Part shown: positions 54,935 to 64,000 of the stretch, piece by piece
Layout of the letters: every line of letters begins with the position of its first letter
How positions within the stretch are numbered: position 1 is the stretch's first letter
Sequence record: OR413585.1
DNA: 64,000 nt
Reading direction: 5' to 3' (one strand)
Translations under genes and position numbers: made by a program
The notes under the pieces: model-generated
What the model was told of the DNA's origin: nothing
Databases searched by the model: none
What the model saw: only the letters and a program-made list of their open reading frames with translations

Positions 54935-57445
54935 ATGCTCAAGGTCGAACGTATCATTTTGAAAGGATTTACCGGCATGGGGTTACATGAAATCGAAACG
55001 TTTGATTTCACCCTTAAGTCAACCGTTACCATCATCCTCGGTGGCAACGGCTGCGGTAAAACAAGCCTCCTATCTGTTTTTCTCCCCTTAGCTCCAGCAA
55101 AATCTGAATTCCGTGAAGGTGGTTCTTACACTAACTACGCGTTAGTCGGGGACGACCGTCTTAAGTTTGAAGTCCTGCGACGTGGGTCTTCTTTGTCTTG
55201 TAGTATTTTCAATATCACTAAAGGTGTCTCCATCGTAGACTCGGTAAACGCCAAAGTTTACAACTCCATGGTGGAGCAATTAACCGGAATCACCAAAGAA
55301 ATCAAAGAGTTAATTAATGGTGAGACCTTATTAACTGACGCCACTACCGAAGTTCGTCGTAAATGGTTTACGTTAATGTCAGAATCTGATCTGACGTACG
55401 TTGTTGGTTGCTATCGACGTTTGCGTAAACTCGCTTCCAGTTTAAGTGGGGCCATTGAGCACACCGGCCGTAAAATCGGTGAGGCAAAAATGCGCGTGGT
55501 GGACGATGAAGAAGATCGTGCACGTTTAGAAGTTCGTTTGAAAGAACTCGATGCTGAGCTTCAGGAATTAAACCGCACAATTGAAGCGAGACCCGGTTTA
55601 GATAACGCCGTTTCGGTTGATAGTATCCGGAAACGCATTGCTTCGTTGCAACCGGCTGTAAAACTCATTATGGAACGTTATGGCGTTCTGCCTTCTGACG
55701 AACTGATTAACGAGTTTCAAAGTCGTGTGGTTGCCTGGCGTGAGCAAGCTGCCTCTGCTGAAACTGAATGCAACATGTACAATAAAGAGTTGTCACAGCT
55801 ACTGGATGAGGAGTCGCGTCAAGCGTATCTGATGCGCAACCATACCGGTCTAAAACAAACAATCGACAGCTTAAAACAGGAACTGGCAACGTTCCAACAG
55901 AACTGGATGTTCCCGGCTCTGTTTGAAGGTACCCGCATTGATGTGGATAGCATTCAGAACGCGTTAAACGATGCCTGTAACTGGAATTTACCGTTGTCCA
56001 TGCATTTGGACCAGTTAAAGACAACAGATCGCCTGGGAGCGTTAGAGAAGCGTTTACAGGGTATGGATTTAACCTCTGCGGGTCTATCTGAAAAGCTGCA
56101 ACGTTGTGAGAATGTGCTACACGGTTTATACCACGACCGTCAACACTTCTTAGAAACTGCAGAAGTTGATTGTCCACAGTGTAACCACCGTTTCCGTCCT
56201 GGGATTCGTAAGTCGTTACCTGAAATTGAAAAGGCCATCAACGATAATGAAGGTTGGAAGAAGCAGCTGAAAGACGAAATGGATAGTCTTTTGCGTGACC
56301 GCAAAGAGATTGAAGAGGACGTCCGTAGCTTACGTACGATTCGCGAAATTGTCATGTCGTATTCCAATCATCCCGTTGTCGGTTTGTTTTTCCGTAAACT
56401 GCAGGAGCTGGATATCTTCACCACGTCGCGGGATCGTTATGGTGCCATTGCACGTGCCTTTACCGAAGAGCTAGATTCGGCCATGATGTATCTGCGTCAA
56501 TCGGCGAAGCTTGCAACAGCGGAACGGGAATGGCAAGAGGCTGTTGCCGCAGTAGGTAATGTTGATGGTGCGCTGAGTCAGAAAATTGAACACATCCGTT
56601 CACAACTAGACGGGGCTAACCGTCGACTGATAGAATACCGCAGACAAGCCAATGAGCTGGAACGCGAAACCACCCAACTGCAACAAACCAAAGAAGCAAT
56701 CGAACGTTTCCAAAAAGGCTACGAACATCTGGTATCGGAAATGAACATCTCCGTTAACAACGTCGTGGTTCGCGAGTTGTTAAACCGACGCGAAGCGAAG
56801 CTCGATGCGTACACTTCCGCTCGTGAGCGGTTTCGTCAAATGGAAGGGGCTATTGCACGTTTAGCGGAATTAGAAAAAGAGCAAGCTGAGTTGCTCAAAG
56901 AACACCATCATGCCAGATTGATTATCAATGCCGTCTCACCCGAAAAAGGATTATTGCGTCGTTACTTTTATGCTGCGATTACCCGCATCATGGATTTAAT
57001 GAATCGGTATATCGAAATGGTGTGGGCATATCCGATGCAGGTTATTCCATGCGATCTAACCGACGGGGATTTGGATTATACTTTCCCGGTGCGATTAAAA
57101 GACCATGAAGAACTGGTGCCGGATGTGAAGAAAGGTTCGAAGGCACAGCGTATTATCTTTAACATGATGTTTCGTTTAACGGCGTATAAAGCGCTTGGTT
57201 TACAAAACTATCCTTTGTTATTGGATGAACCCTCTGAAGGCATGGATGAAGAACACAAAAATCGACTGGTCAACTTCATTAAATCGTTGGCGTTGTCGGG
57301 AGAGTTTTCTCAATTGCTGGTCGTTTCGCATGAAGCGGAAGTTCATTCTAAACTTAACGAAGCCACCTACTGTGTCGTAGAACCAGAAGGTGTAACGCTT
57401 CCACCGGTGTATAACGAAGGGGTAATAATCAAATATGCATCATAA
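54935..57445 (+). CDS. sbcC: SbcC/Rad50-like SMC-family ATPase
   Basis: Walker A GGNGCGKTS; long coiled coils; zinc hook CPQC; variant signature GSKAQ; Walker B LLLDEP; H-loop VVSH. Confidence 0.88.
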   Translation: MLKVERIILKGFTGMGLHEIETFDFTLKSTVTIILGGNGCGKTSLLSVFLPLAPAKSEFREGGSYTNYALVGDDRLKFEVLRRGSSLSCSIFNITKGVSIVDSVNAKVYNSMVEQLTGITKEIKELINGETLLTDATTEVRRKWFTLMSESDLTYVVGCYRRLRKLASSLSGAIEHTGRKIGEAKMRVVDDEEDRARLEVRLKELDAELQELNRTIEARPGLDNAVSVDSIRKRIASLQPAVKLIMERYGVLPSDELINEFQSRVVAWREQAASAETECNMYNKELSQLLDEESRQAYLMRNHTGLKQTIDSLKQELATFQQNWMFPALFEGTRIDVDSIQNALNDACNWNLPLSMHLDQLKTTDRLGALEKRLQGMDLTSAGLSEKLQRCENVLHGLYHDRQHFLETAEVDCPQCNHRFRPGIRKSLPEIEKAINDNEGWKKQLKDEMDSLLRDRKEIEEDVRSLRTIREIVMSYSNHPVVGLFFRKLQELDIFTTSRDRYGAIARAFTEELDSAMMYLRQSAKLATAEREWQEAVAAVGNVDGALSQKIEHIRSQLDGANRRLIEYRRQANELERETTQLQQTKEAIERFQKGYEHLVSEMNISVNNVVVRELLNRREAKLDAYTSARERFRQMEGAIARLAELEKEQAELLKEHHHARLIINAVSPEKGLLRRYFYAAITRIMDLMNRYIEMVWAYPMQVIPCDLTDGDLDYTFPVRLKDHEELVPDVKKGSKAQRIIFNMMFRLTAYKALGLQNYPLLLDEPSEGMDEEHKNRLVNFIKSLALSGEFSQLLVVSHEAEVHSKLNEATYCVVEPEGVTLPPVYNEGVIIKYAS

Positions 57446-57626
57446 AGGTTGGCGCTTATGGGCTTGGTGGGGTTTTCAGTTCCTTCAGTTTGTTGTGATG
57501 GTACTGTACCTCTCCTTTTGTGCAGCCGTGGTGGTTATCGCTGCGGTTGTCTATTTAGCCTCTGCTCTTAAAGAACGCCTTTTTGACACGCGTTGTGAGT
57601 GGCGAGATATAGGAGAACGGACATGA
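57435..57626 (+). CDS. small membrane protein
   Basis: Long hydrophobic stretch; overlaps the SbcC stop. Confidence 0.55.
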   Translation: MHHKGWRLWAWWGFQFLQFVVMVLYLSFCAAVVVIAAVVYLASALKERLFDTRCEWRDIGERT

Positions 57627-57727
57627 TTGAAGGTATCGTATTAACCGGTATTGCACTGTGGTTGATTCGTGGTGCCTGGGGTTGGATTATCCGCACGAAA
57701 GGATGGGCATTCCATGGCAAGACGTAA
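57623..57727 (+). CDS. 34-aa membrane micro-ORF (MIEGIVLTGIALWLIRGAWGWIIRTKGWAFHGKT)
   Basis: AGGAG RBS; ATGA overlap. Confidence 0.5.
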   Translation: MIEGIVLTGIALWLIRGAWGWIIRTKGWAFHGKT

Positions 57728-57917
57728 ACCTGGTCGTTTAAAGTTTTGGGCAGTTGTGGTAATGCACACTGTGGTGCTACTCGGTATTTTCATGTCTCGC
57801 GCTACGCCTGCCTTTTGGGGCTTAGTTGTTTTGGTGTTCTTAGAAGGGGTTTACTTCGGTAATCTGTGGAGCAAGCCCCCGCGTTTAAGGGACCCGGCTT
57901 ATGACAGTCGTGAATAG
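57714..57917 (+). CDS. 67-aa two-TM protein (start MARRK)
   Basis: Basic N-terminus and two hydrophobic segments. Confidence 0.55.
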   Translation: MARRKPGRLKFWAVVVMHTVVLLGIFMSRATPAFWGLVVLVFLEGVYFGNLWSKPPRLRDPAYDSRE

Positions 57918-58032
57918 TGTCAACGCAGCCATGATTGCAACAGGTGCGTATGATGGTGCCACCTGGACAGACCTTGGCATTACGATTATCATCTGTGCAA
58001 TCGGAGCATTTCTGGCATCATGGTTATTTTAG
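57901..58032 (+). CDS. 43-aa membrane micro-ORF
   Basis: Translated by hand; ends DLGITIIICAIGAFLASWLF. Confidence 0.45.
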   Translation: MTVVNSVNAAMIATGAYDGATWTDLGITIIICAIGAFLASWLF

Positions 58033-58127
58033 TGAAGTGGGTTGGGTGTATCATCTGTAGCCTGGTACTAGGAGCAGGCGCATACGCCCTAGGCGCAATC
58101 CTTGCATTGACGCAAGGTTGGTTTTAA
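58032..58127 (+). CDS. 31-aa membrane micro-ORF
   Basis: GTG overlapping the previous TAG; MKWVGCIICSLVLGAGAYALGAILALTQGWF. Confidence 0.4.
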   Translation: MKWVGCIICSLVLGAGAYALGAILALTQGWF

Positions 58128-58145
58128 CAGGAGGGTAATTACGAA

Positions 58146-58424
58146 GTGGGAGAAGTATCATGTGACAGTGAAACAGTCTCTGATCCCGTGGTCGTGGGTT
58201 CAGGGGCGGCCGAGCCAACCCGGCGTATCGTTCTTTCGAGCGTGGGGATGGCTATAGGGTCTTCAAAGAACCTTCTAGCAGACATCGCGGAAGTCTGCGG
58301 GCCGGATGATTTTGCAGTTTCACGCACAGTCGGGGAAGACTGGCGTGGTAATCAGAAGCGCCATGAGCGAATGTGGCGACGGAAGGTTACCTCAGCATCG
58401 CGACGTTTTCAACGACGTTGCTGA
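58146..58424 (+). CDS. hypothetical protein
   Basis: GGAGG RBS with GTG start. Confidence 0.5.
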   Translation: MGEVSCDSETVSDPVVVGSGAAEPTRRIVLSSVGMAIGSSKNLLADIAEVCGPDDFAVSRTVGEDWRGNQKRHERMWRRKVTSASRRFQRRC

Positions 58425-58543
58425 TTAAAGACACGGTTCCGATAGAGAACTGGTCTTTACCTGCAGCGGTATACACCGCTAAGCTTTACCGGTAAACTTA
58501 AGAAAACACAAACGCAATTCTTCGTTACTCGCTTTCATCGCAG

Positions 58544-59059
58544 GTGAAAGCTCACTTAGGAATTCAGCTCATGGCCGAAATTGTCATTCTTTCCTCATCC
58601 TCAGATTTAACGGAAGCACAAAATAAACAGCTGTTGGGGCTGCATTATAAATTTCTGAACCACCAACGTACCATACTCCATATCGAAAAAGGTGAGATTC
58701 CGAACCTCACTCTGGAGAAACTGTTGGCGGGGAACCGTGCCTGCGTTGCTCTGGAAGGGGGTACCCCTGTTGGTTACTGTTTGTATCGCGTAATCGCTGG
58801 GGTTCTGAAGATTCGTACGATGTTCGTGTCTGAAATGGCACGCCGCCGTAAAACGATGACGCAGATTTTTGATGCGCTTGATGTGAATGAACAGTTCACC
58901 AGTGCGCATGGGGGAATATACGCTTGCCAGGAAGCTGGTATTGCGTTCTTTACCGCTCGCGGTTTTGACAAGACCGTCTCTACAGACGGACAATGGCTTG
59001 AATTTAAGAAGCAGGTTCCTGCGGAAGCAGATGAACCTTTAAGGACTGCGGTAGCATAG
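58544..59059 (+). CDS. GNAT-family acetyltransferase-like protein (start may be ATG 58571)
   Basis: VALEGGTPVGYC..KIRTMFVSEMARRR..AFFTARGF. Confidence 0.65.
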   Translation: MKAHLGIQLMAEIVILSSSSDLTEAQNKQLLGLHYKFLNHQRTILHIEKGEIPNLTLEKLLAGNRACVALEGGTPVGYCLYRVIAGVLKIRTMFVSEMARRRKTMTQIFDALDVNEQFTSAHGGIYACQEAGIAFFTARGFDKTVSTDGQWLEFKKQVPAEADEPLRTAVA

Positions 59060-59084
59060 TCCTGTTTTAGCACTCCTTACGATT

Positions 59085-59111
59085 ATACCTCACTATGAGT
59101 GGGGTATTTTT
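59085..59111 (+). terminator. intrinsic terminator
   Basis: ATACCTCACT-ATG-AGTGGGGTAT plus T tract. Confidence 0.6.
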
Positions 59112-59129
59112 ACGCGAGGAGTGCTATTT

Positions 59130-59348
59130 ATGTTTCACCGTCCTGGGTTTTCAGCTTTAAACACCGATGTCTGTTGGGCTGAGTACGAGCGGGTGAAGGA
59201 GTTCTTACCCGTAAATCCTAAACACATCAACGTGGGTACTATCGGGCGTGTTGCGTTCGATGATACTCCGCTGAGTACGTGTATTAAAGCAGCGCTTGGT
59301 ACGCCGCCTGAGCCTCACCACCACGACTGGGAGGCAACTTTACCCTAA
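59130..59348 (+). CDS. 72-aa protein with a segment resembling the EF-Tu N-terminus
   Basis: GAGGA RBS; KHINVGTIGRVAFDDTPLSTCIKAAL. Confidence 0.6.
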   Translation: MFHRPGFSALNTDVCWAEYERVKEFLPVNPKHINVGTIGRVAFDDTPLSTCIKAALGTPPEPHHHDWEATLP

Positions 59349-59359
59349 GGAGCATTAAA

Positions 59360-59782
59360 ATGGTTACCGCTATTCGCGAAACAAAATCACTATACGATCA
59401 TTTATCAGAAGAAGAAACAGCCTTATTCTACGACCTGTTACCTGAAACCAAAGCAAATGTTCAGTGGTGGTTACGTTTAGCGCTACGTGATAAAGTTGGG
59501 GAAACGCCGGTTAGTATTCTCGCACACACGTTGGACATGACACCCATGATTGAAATCGCGATTACCCGCCCTAAATTCTGGCGGCCTGGTATGGTGCGTG
59601 AGGCGTATCTACTCCAACGCTTAGGTGTTGCCCCGGAGAAGTGTTGGCGTAAGATGGACGACCATCGCTACCGTGAAGAAATTACGAATAGCCTCAACAC
59701 TATGTTGGCAATGAAACGACTCGGTATCGAACACGAAGGTTTCGAGTCAGCGGTACAAGCCTGGGTGAAAAGGAATAGCTAA
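59360..59782 (+). CDS. hypothetical protein
   Basis: AAGGAG RBS. Confidence 0.7.
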   Translation: MVTAIRETKSLYDHLSEEETALFYDLLPETKANVQWWLRLALRDKVGETPVSILAHTLDMTPMIEIAITRPKFWRPGMVREAYLLQRLGVAPEKCWRKMDDHRYREEITNSLNTMLAMKRLGIEHEGFESAVQAWVKRNS

Positions 59783-60031
59783 ATGCAAAAAACAATCATC
59801 GGAATAATGGTTAGTTCTTTCTGTGGTTTCCCTACCCCACAAACAGAACCCCAATATTTAGGCGCAGGTAAACCCGATCCGGAAGTCCGTAAGTTGCGCG
59901 AAGAAGCAAAAGCCAGAGTTCTTACTGAGCTGGAATCGTTGCTTCAGTCTCCGGTTATTTCACAATGGGGTATGGCAATAGATGTCACTAGAACTGATCG
60001 ACGAGGCTATTATCTCCCACGACTTGTTTAA
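59783..60031 (+). CDS. hypothetical protein
   Basis: Abuts the previous stop. Confidence 0.5.
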   Translation: MQKTIIGIMVSSFCGFPTPQTEPQYLGAGKPDPEVRKLREEAKARVLTELESLLQSPVISQWGMAIDVTRTDRRGYYLPRLV

Positions 60032-60482
60032 CGCGCCTGAGCGCTTCAAGGTCGTTACAGTTAACTGCGTTGGTGCAATGGGAAGGGGCATTGCCTTGGC
60101 GTGCCGAGAACGCTTCCCGTCGCTTTATAATGACTATCGCCAGAAATGCCGTAAAGAGCAAATCGTTATCGGTGAGGTCTATTGTTATCCTGAGGAAGGG
60201 GTAATACTCCTTCCTACTAAAACCCATTTTCGCTATAAATCGCAGATTTACTATGTCACGTCCGGCATTGATGCGCTGGCGCGACTAGGGGAAGACTTAG
60301 AAGGAGGGATTGCGATACCACCCCTAGGGATGGCTAACGGTTGGTTACGTTACCATGAGCGATTGGAAATCTTTATACACTTACAGAAACGACTACAGCA
60401 CACGGAGCAGACTTATCGATTCTATTTACCGGACACCCTGCTGAGGGAAGCAGAGAAAATCATCCCAAATAGTTTCAAATAG
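59982..60482 (+). CDS. macrodomain protein, DarG/TARG1-like ADP-ribose hydrolase
   Basis: VTVNCVGAMGRGIAL..FP; LPTK; IAIPPLG..NG. Confidence 0.8.
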   Translation: MSLELIDEAIISHDLFNAPERFKVVTVNCVGAMGRGIALACRERFPSLYNDYRQKCRKEQIVIGEVYCYPEEGVILLPTKTHFRYKSQIYYVTSGIDALARLGEDLEGGIAIPPLGMANGWLRYHERLEIFIHLQKRLQHTEQTYRFYLPDTLLREAEKIIPNSFK

Positions 60483-60581
60483 ATATTATCATCAGGGCAC
60501 ATTACAAAGGAGCACAATGCCGTCCGCGCCGTCTTCCCGGATTGGGAACGGAAAAGTATAAATCCGTTTGGAGATACATCC

Positions 60582-61304
60582 ATGTTTCGCACCATTTTAT
60601 TTCTTCTGGTAGCAATGACTACGTTCAACAGCAACGCTTCTTACCAGACCACCAGTAACAAACACCAAAAAGAATTCGTCCTTATCCAGGACCAGTTCAA
60701 TGAGATTAAACCTCTCATCGTCACCGCATCTCGAAAACAAGGCGTACATGCCGGGATGCTCGCGACCACCATTTATCGTGAATCCCGTTTTAATAAAAAC
60801 GTGGGTAAGAATAAATCGAGCAGTGCTAGTAGTGTTGTCCAAATGACGACAGGCACTAAACGCTCCATGATACGTCTGTATGGGAAACAACTTAACATCC
60901 CAAAGAATGCGGACCTTAATAAACCGAAGTATGCTGTACAGCTTGCTGCCGTTTACATGAAACACATCGAGGATCATCTGACAAAACAACTCAAACGCAA
61001 GCCGAGCACAGCCGAAATCGCTTTAGGCTACCGCTTCGGTGAGGGTGCTGCTGTTGCGATGATTAAAAAGAAATCACCGGTCGGGAAACGCTGGATGGCC
61101 AGCTACCGAAAAGACGCAGCATTCTACGGTGCGAAAATGACACCACCGAAAGCTGAAACACGTCAGCTTGCTTTTGCGAAGGAAGACCACGACCAACGCG
61201 TCGCCGAACTTCAGAAAATCTGGGATACGCTGTACACCAAAATATCACCTGCGGCCGGTACATTACTGGCAAATAACACTATCATGAAAGGAGCATTGCT
61301 TTGA
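60582..61304 (+). CDS. lytic transglycosylase (SLT-like) with a signal peptide
   Basis: IYRESRF catalytic Glu; VVQM; AAVYMK; GYRFGEG; GGAG RBS. Confidence 0.8.
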   Translation: MFRTILFLLVAMTTFNSNASYQTTSNKHQKEFVLIQDQFNEIKPLIVTASRKQGVHAGMLATTIYRESRFNKNVGKNKSSSASSVVQMTTGTKRSMIRLYGKQLNIPKNADLNKPKYAVQLAAVYMKHIEDHLTKQLKRKPSTAEIALGYRFGEGAAVAMIKKKSPVGKRWMASYRKDAAFYGAKMTPPKAETRQLAFAKEDHDQRVAELQKIWDTLYTKISPAAGTLLANNTIMKGALL

Positions 61305-61894
61305 CACTCGTAACACGCCCCTGGTATCCAGGTCTTAAAACAGCCGCACAAATCACCGCCAAAGACGTTTACGAACTGATTCGCGCGGGTGCGGAACACG
61401 TTCAAACCAATCCGAACTACGTTGAGCGTCCTATCGGTGAAGTCGATGGGGAAGCTGTCGAAGCACCTGTCTACGTTGAGTACGGCGAATGGTTCGCAGA
61501 GAACCACGGTTTCTACGACGCGTTAAACGCGGCGTTTGGTGATGACGAGGACGAAGGTATCGAATTCGACTGGAACGTTAATCTGGCGCTGATGTGGATT
61601 TGTGGTTTACGTCCAGCAATTAACGAAACCGAAGCAGGCTTCGTGCTGACGTGGCGACAGTCGGCGGGTTACGATAAAGAACTCGACTTCAAACAGGCGT
61701 ATATGGATGTGTCGATTGCACTGCAGAAACTGTTCTTCGGCGATCGTGCTTTCTGCCAGCTCAGCTGGTTGACCATCCTGGAAAAACTGGCAACGTGCCA
61801 CAAACTGTGGCGAGCAGAAGATGCCCCAGAACATCTTTTCGTGCTCGAATATGCAGTGGTACCGAACCAGCCGTTCTTTGAGGCCGAAGCGTAA
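61301..61894 (+). CDS. hypothetical acidic protein
   Basis: AAAGGAG RBS; TTGA overlap. Confidence 0.7.
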   Translation: MTLVTRPWYPGLKTAAQITAKDVYELIRAGAEHVQTNPNYVERPIGEVDGEAVEAPVYVEYGEWFAENHGFYDALNAAFGDDEDEGIEFDWNVNLALMWICGLRPAINETEAGFVLTWRQSAGYDKELDFKQAYMDVSIALQKLFFGDRAFCQLSWLTILEKLATCHKLWRAEDAPEHLFVLEYAVVPNQPFFEAEA

Positions 61895-61899
61895 TTAAC

Positions 61900-61932
61900 G
61901 GTCAGACCTTCGGGTCTGACCACCTTTTATTT
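61900..61932 (+). terminator. intrinsic terminator
   Basis: GGTCAGACC-TTCG-GGTCTGACC plus T-rich tail. Confidence 0.8.
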
Positions 61933-61945
61933 AATTCTTGGGTGT

Positions 61946-62212
61946 GTGTTCGTGAAACGTTTAATAAATTTTCTCTACTGGATGGAGAAACGCTATAGCC
62001 ACAACATTCCGATGATGTATAGTTTGTTATTCTCCACGGTAATGTTGGTAATCGGTGCGATTGTCGCGCATCTGATGGAACTCACGTCTCCATGGGCGCA
62101 ACTCTTTCTTACCATCTGGATGTTGTTCTCAGGCTACCACATACGTGGTTTCATAACCCGATTCTTCCGCTGGCGTAGTACCTGGCACGTCTTTAATTCC
62201 GACCGTAACTAG
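61946..62212 (+). CDS. small two-TM membrane protein
   Basis: Two hydrophobic segments. Confidence 0.55.
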   Translation: MFVKRLINFLYWMEKRYSHNIPMMYSLLFSTVMLVIGAIVAHLMELTSPWAQLFLTIWMLFSGYHIRGFITRFFRWRSTWHVFNSDRN

Positions 62213-62248
62213 TTTTTTACAGCAGTCACTAATCATCTGAAAATACCA

Positions 62249-63406
62249 TTGACTTTTATAAGGACTATTAACATGCAATTTCCAATTTCCGTAATCGAAG
62301 ATATGGCTCGTGTAGTACGTGACCGTGCGTATGTGCTTAGCTACGAAGGTATTCGTGCATATTCAGAAGCTCTGATTGCACAACACGTCACTGGCACCGG
62401 TGTTATCAACCCGGATCTTTACAATGCGCTGGTCGATAACAATGTGGAGGCTTATCTGCCGCTGCCGCACCTGCGTAATAAGTTGTGCCTTTCTTCTCAA
62501 ACTCTTCAGTTTGATAACCTGCCACCACTGAAATATTCGCCAGATGACCGTTGGGGAAGTATGCTGGGTGTAGCTTTCCAAAATTGCCACGCGCCTTATA
62601 ACTGGTCTATTCTCGTTGAAGGTGTTGATGGTGTCTGGTATGCCATTGCACATTCTGACGGATTCTTCTTCGAACCAGGTGAGTTGATTAAACCAGTAAG
62701 TGCCCCACAAGGCCGTGCTAAGGTTGGGCATTGTTACATTGAATTGACTCATGTCCAGTGGACTATCGAAGACTGGCGTGCTGCCTCCGTTATCTTCGGC
62801 GACGGTAAACCACACTCAGTTACTTTCGAGCGTTGTGAAGCAGAGCATGTTGAAGAGACTGACAATGACGAAGTGGGAGATCGTTACGCGCCACTGGAAG
62901 AGTGTCGTAACATCGCGAACATCGACTGGGTGAAAGTCTTTACGGCCAACCCCGGTTTCCGTGGTCAGACTATCAACCCCGGCGAAGTAACCTGGGAAGG
63001 TTTCGTACAACTCGCAGATAAACTCGGTTATGACGTGTGGGATTACACCTACAAACGTCCATACCCGAATGCGTCGGAAGATGAAGACCACGATGAAATC
63101 ATTCTGGAAAACCTGGCTGATATCGAAAACGTGTTCATCGATGATGAAATCTTCATCACCCTCGGCATTGAGCGTCCGAAATCAACCGCATATCCGGTAT
63201 CGGTTGCCAGCGTTATTCAGGAACTGGGCAAGATGCAGGAGCAGACCGTCGAAGTGAAAATCGACGAAGAGCAAATGCATATCGTTGCACAGGTACAGAA
63301 AACTCTGAACCTGGATAAACTGTACGCAGAAATCCGCAAGCTGCCGAAAAAGAAACGTACTGTTGCCACAATCAAAGCAATGGTCCGTGATATCATCGGT
63401 AAATAA
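62249..63406 (+). CDS. hypothetical protein (likely start ATG 62273)
   Basis: AAGGA RBS before MQFPI; terminator follows. Confidence 0.7.
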   Translation: MTFIRTINMQFPISVIEDMARVVRDRAYVLSYEGIRAYSEALIAQHVTGTGVINPDLYNALVDNNVEAYLPLPHLRNKLCLSSQTLQFDNLPPLKYSPDDRWGSMLGVAFQNCHAPYNWSILVEGVDGVWYAIAHSDGFFFEPGELIKPVSAPQGRAKVGHCYIELTHVQWTIEDWRAASVIFGDGKPHSVTFERCEAEHVEETDNDEVGDRYAPLEECRNIANIDWVKVFTANPGFRGQTINPGEVTWEGFVQLADKLGYDVWDYTYKRPYPNASEDEDHDEIILENLADIENVFIDDEIFITLGIERPKSTAYPVSVASVIQELGKMQEQTVEVKIDEEQMHIVAQVQKTLNLDKLYAEIRKLPKKKRTVATIKAMVRDIIGK

Positions 63407-63425
63407 TGCGATAAAAAATAAAAGC

Positions 63426-63462
63426 CTACCTACTCCCAAGGGAGTAGGTAGTTCTTTTTTTT
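63426..63462. terminator. bidirectional terminator
   Basis: CTACCTACTCCC-AA-GGGAGTAGGTAG flanked by A and T tracts. Confidence 0.8.
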
Positions 63463-63464
63463 CT

Positions 63465-64000
63465 TTAATTTGTTAACCCGTTATCTTTCAGGATTTTCAA
63501 CATCGCATCATTCAACGCCTGCAGTTCTTGATTCTGCTTAGTGAGTGTTGCAACTTGTTCTGTCAGAGGAACCTGCTCACGGATTTTGGCTTTACGCACC
63601 GCTTCCATTTGCAAGTGTTCTTCTTCCGTCACCGTCCCTTCGTAATCCATCGATGTGATGTCCACATGTGCATCGATTCCTAAACCGCGTTCTAAGATGC
63701 TTTTCAGGTCGTTCGTTAGCAGTGTGACATCGACGTATTCGGGTATTAATGCCAGGTCAATAACCACCACATTGCGTCTATAATTTAACCCGTTCAGTCC
63801 AGGATACGTCTCAATGTACGTATCAGGCAACTCGTAGACTTGACCGTCCCTCGACTTTAATGTTACAATCGAGGCTTCGACATTAGCGTCGCTGATATAG
63901 TCGTCACGAGTTAGGCCGACAGGTTTATAATACTTGTTATAAACGTCAATATTATTACGTTGGAGTTTCGGAAAGTTCTGTACCGCGTCAACACGGTAAA
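63465..64000 (-). CDS. partial gene, 5' end beyond the window (possibly structural), with a C-terminal coiled coil
   Basis: Frame stays open upstream of the track start at 63830 to the window edge. Confidence 0.65.
   Translation of the reverse strand, partial: YRVDAVQNFPKLQRNNIDVYNKYYKPVGLTRDDYISDANVEASIVTLKSRDGQVYELPDTYIETYPGLNGLNYRRNVVVIDLALIPEYVDVTLLTNDLKSILERGLGIDAHVDITSMDYEGTVTEEEHLQMEAVRKAKIREQVPLTEQVATLTKQNQELQALNDAMLKILKDNGLTN

Overview
This window is a 64-kb segment of a lytic jumbo phage genome. It is most likely phiKZ-related (Chimalliviridae, SPN3US/Seoulvirus-like enterobacterial phage). That assignment is an inference from TATATTAC-containing promoters, large paralogous virion-gene arrays and an SbcC-like ATPase; no search was run. 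Layout from start to end: (1) small hypothetical genes, 1-4.5 kb; (2) a plus-strand array of about 17 paralogous virion/tail-accessory genes, 4.6-21.4 kb, containing an 82-bp frameshifting duplication, a collapsed chimeric remnant, and a T-even gp38-like adhesin domain whose gene has an in-frame stop just before a conserved C-terminal motif; (3) cell-wall enzymes and micro-ORFs, 21.5-24 kb; (4) a long minus-strand tail-fibre operon, 24.9-44.7 kb; (5) a spike gene, a signal-less DUF1471-like gene and a candidate structured RNA, 46-47.5 kb; (6) early/accessory genes including secreted Cys-paired paralogs, SbcC, GNAT, an EF-Tu-like micropeptide, a DarG-like macrodomain and a lytic transglycosylase, 47.6-63.4 kb. 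The most striking system sits inside the tail-fibre operon: two radical SAM enzymes next to three paralogous leader-plus-(Cxxx)n Cys/Gly/Ser-repeat peptides, a RiPP-like maturation cassette that may modify virion fibre components. No tRNA, rRNA or CRISPR array was seen. All family assignments come from motif recognition by eye.
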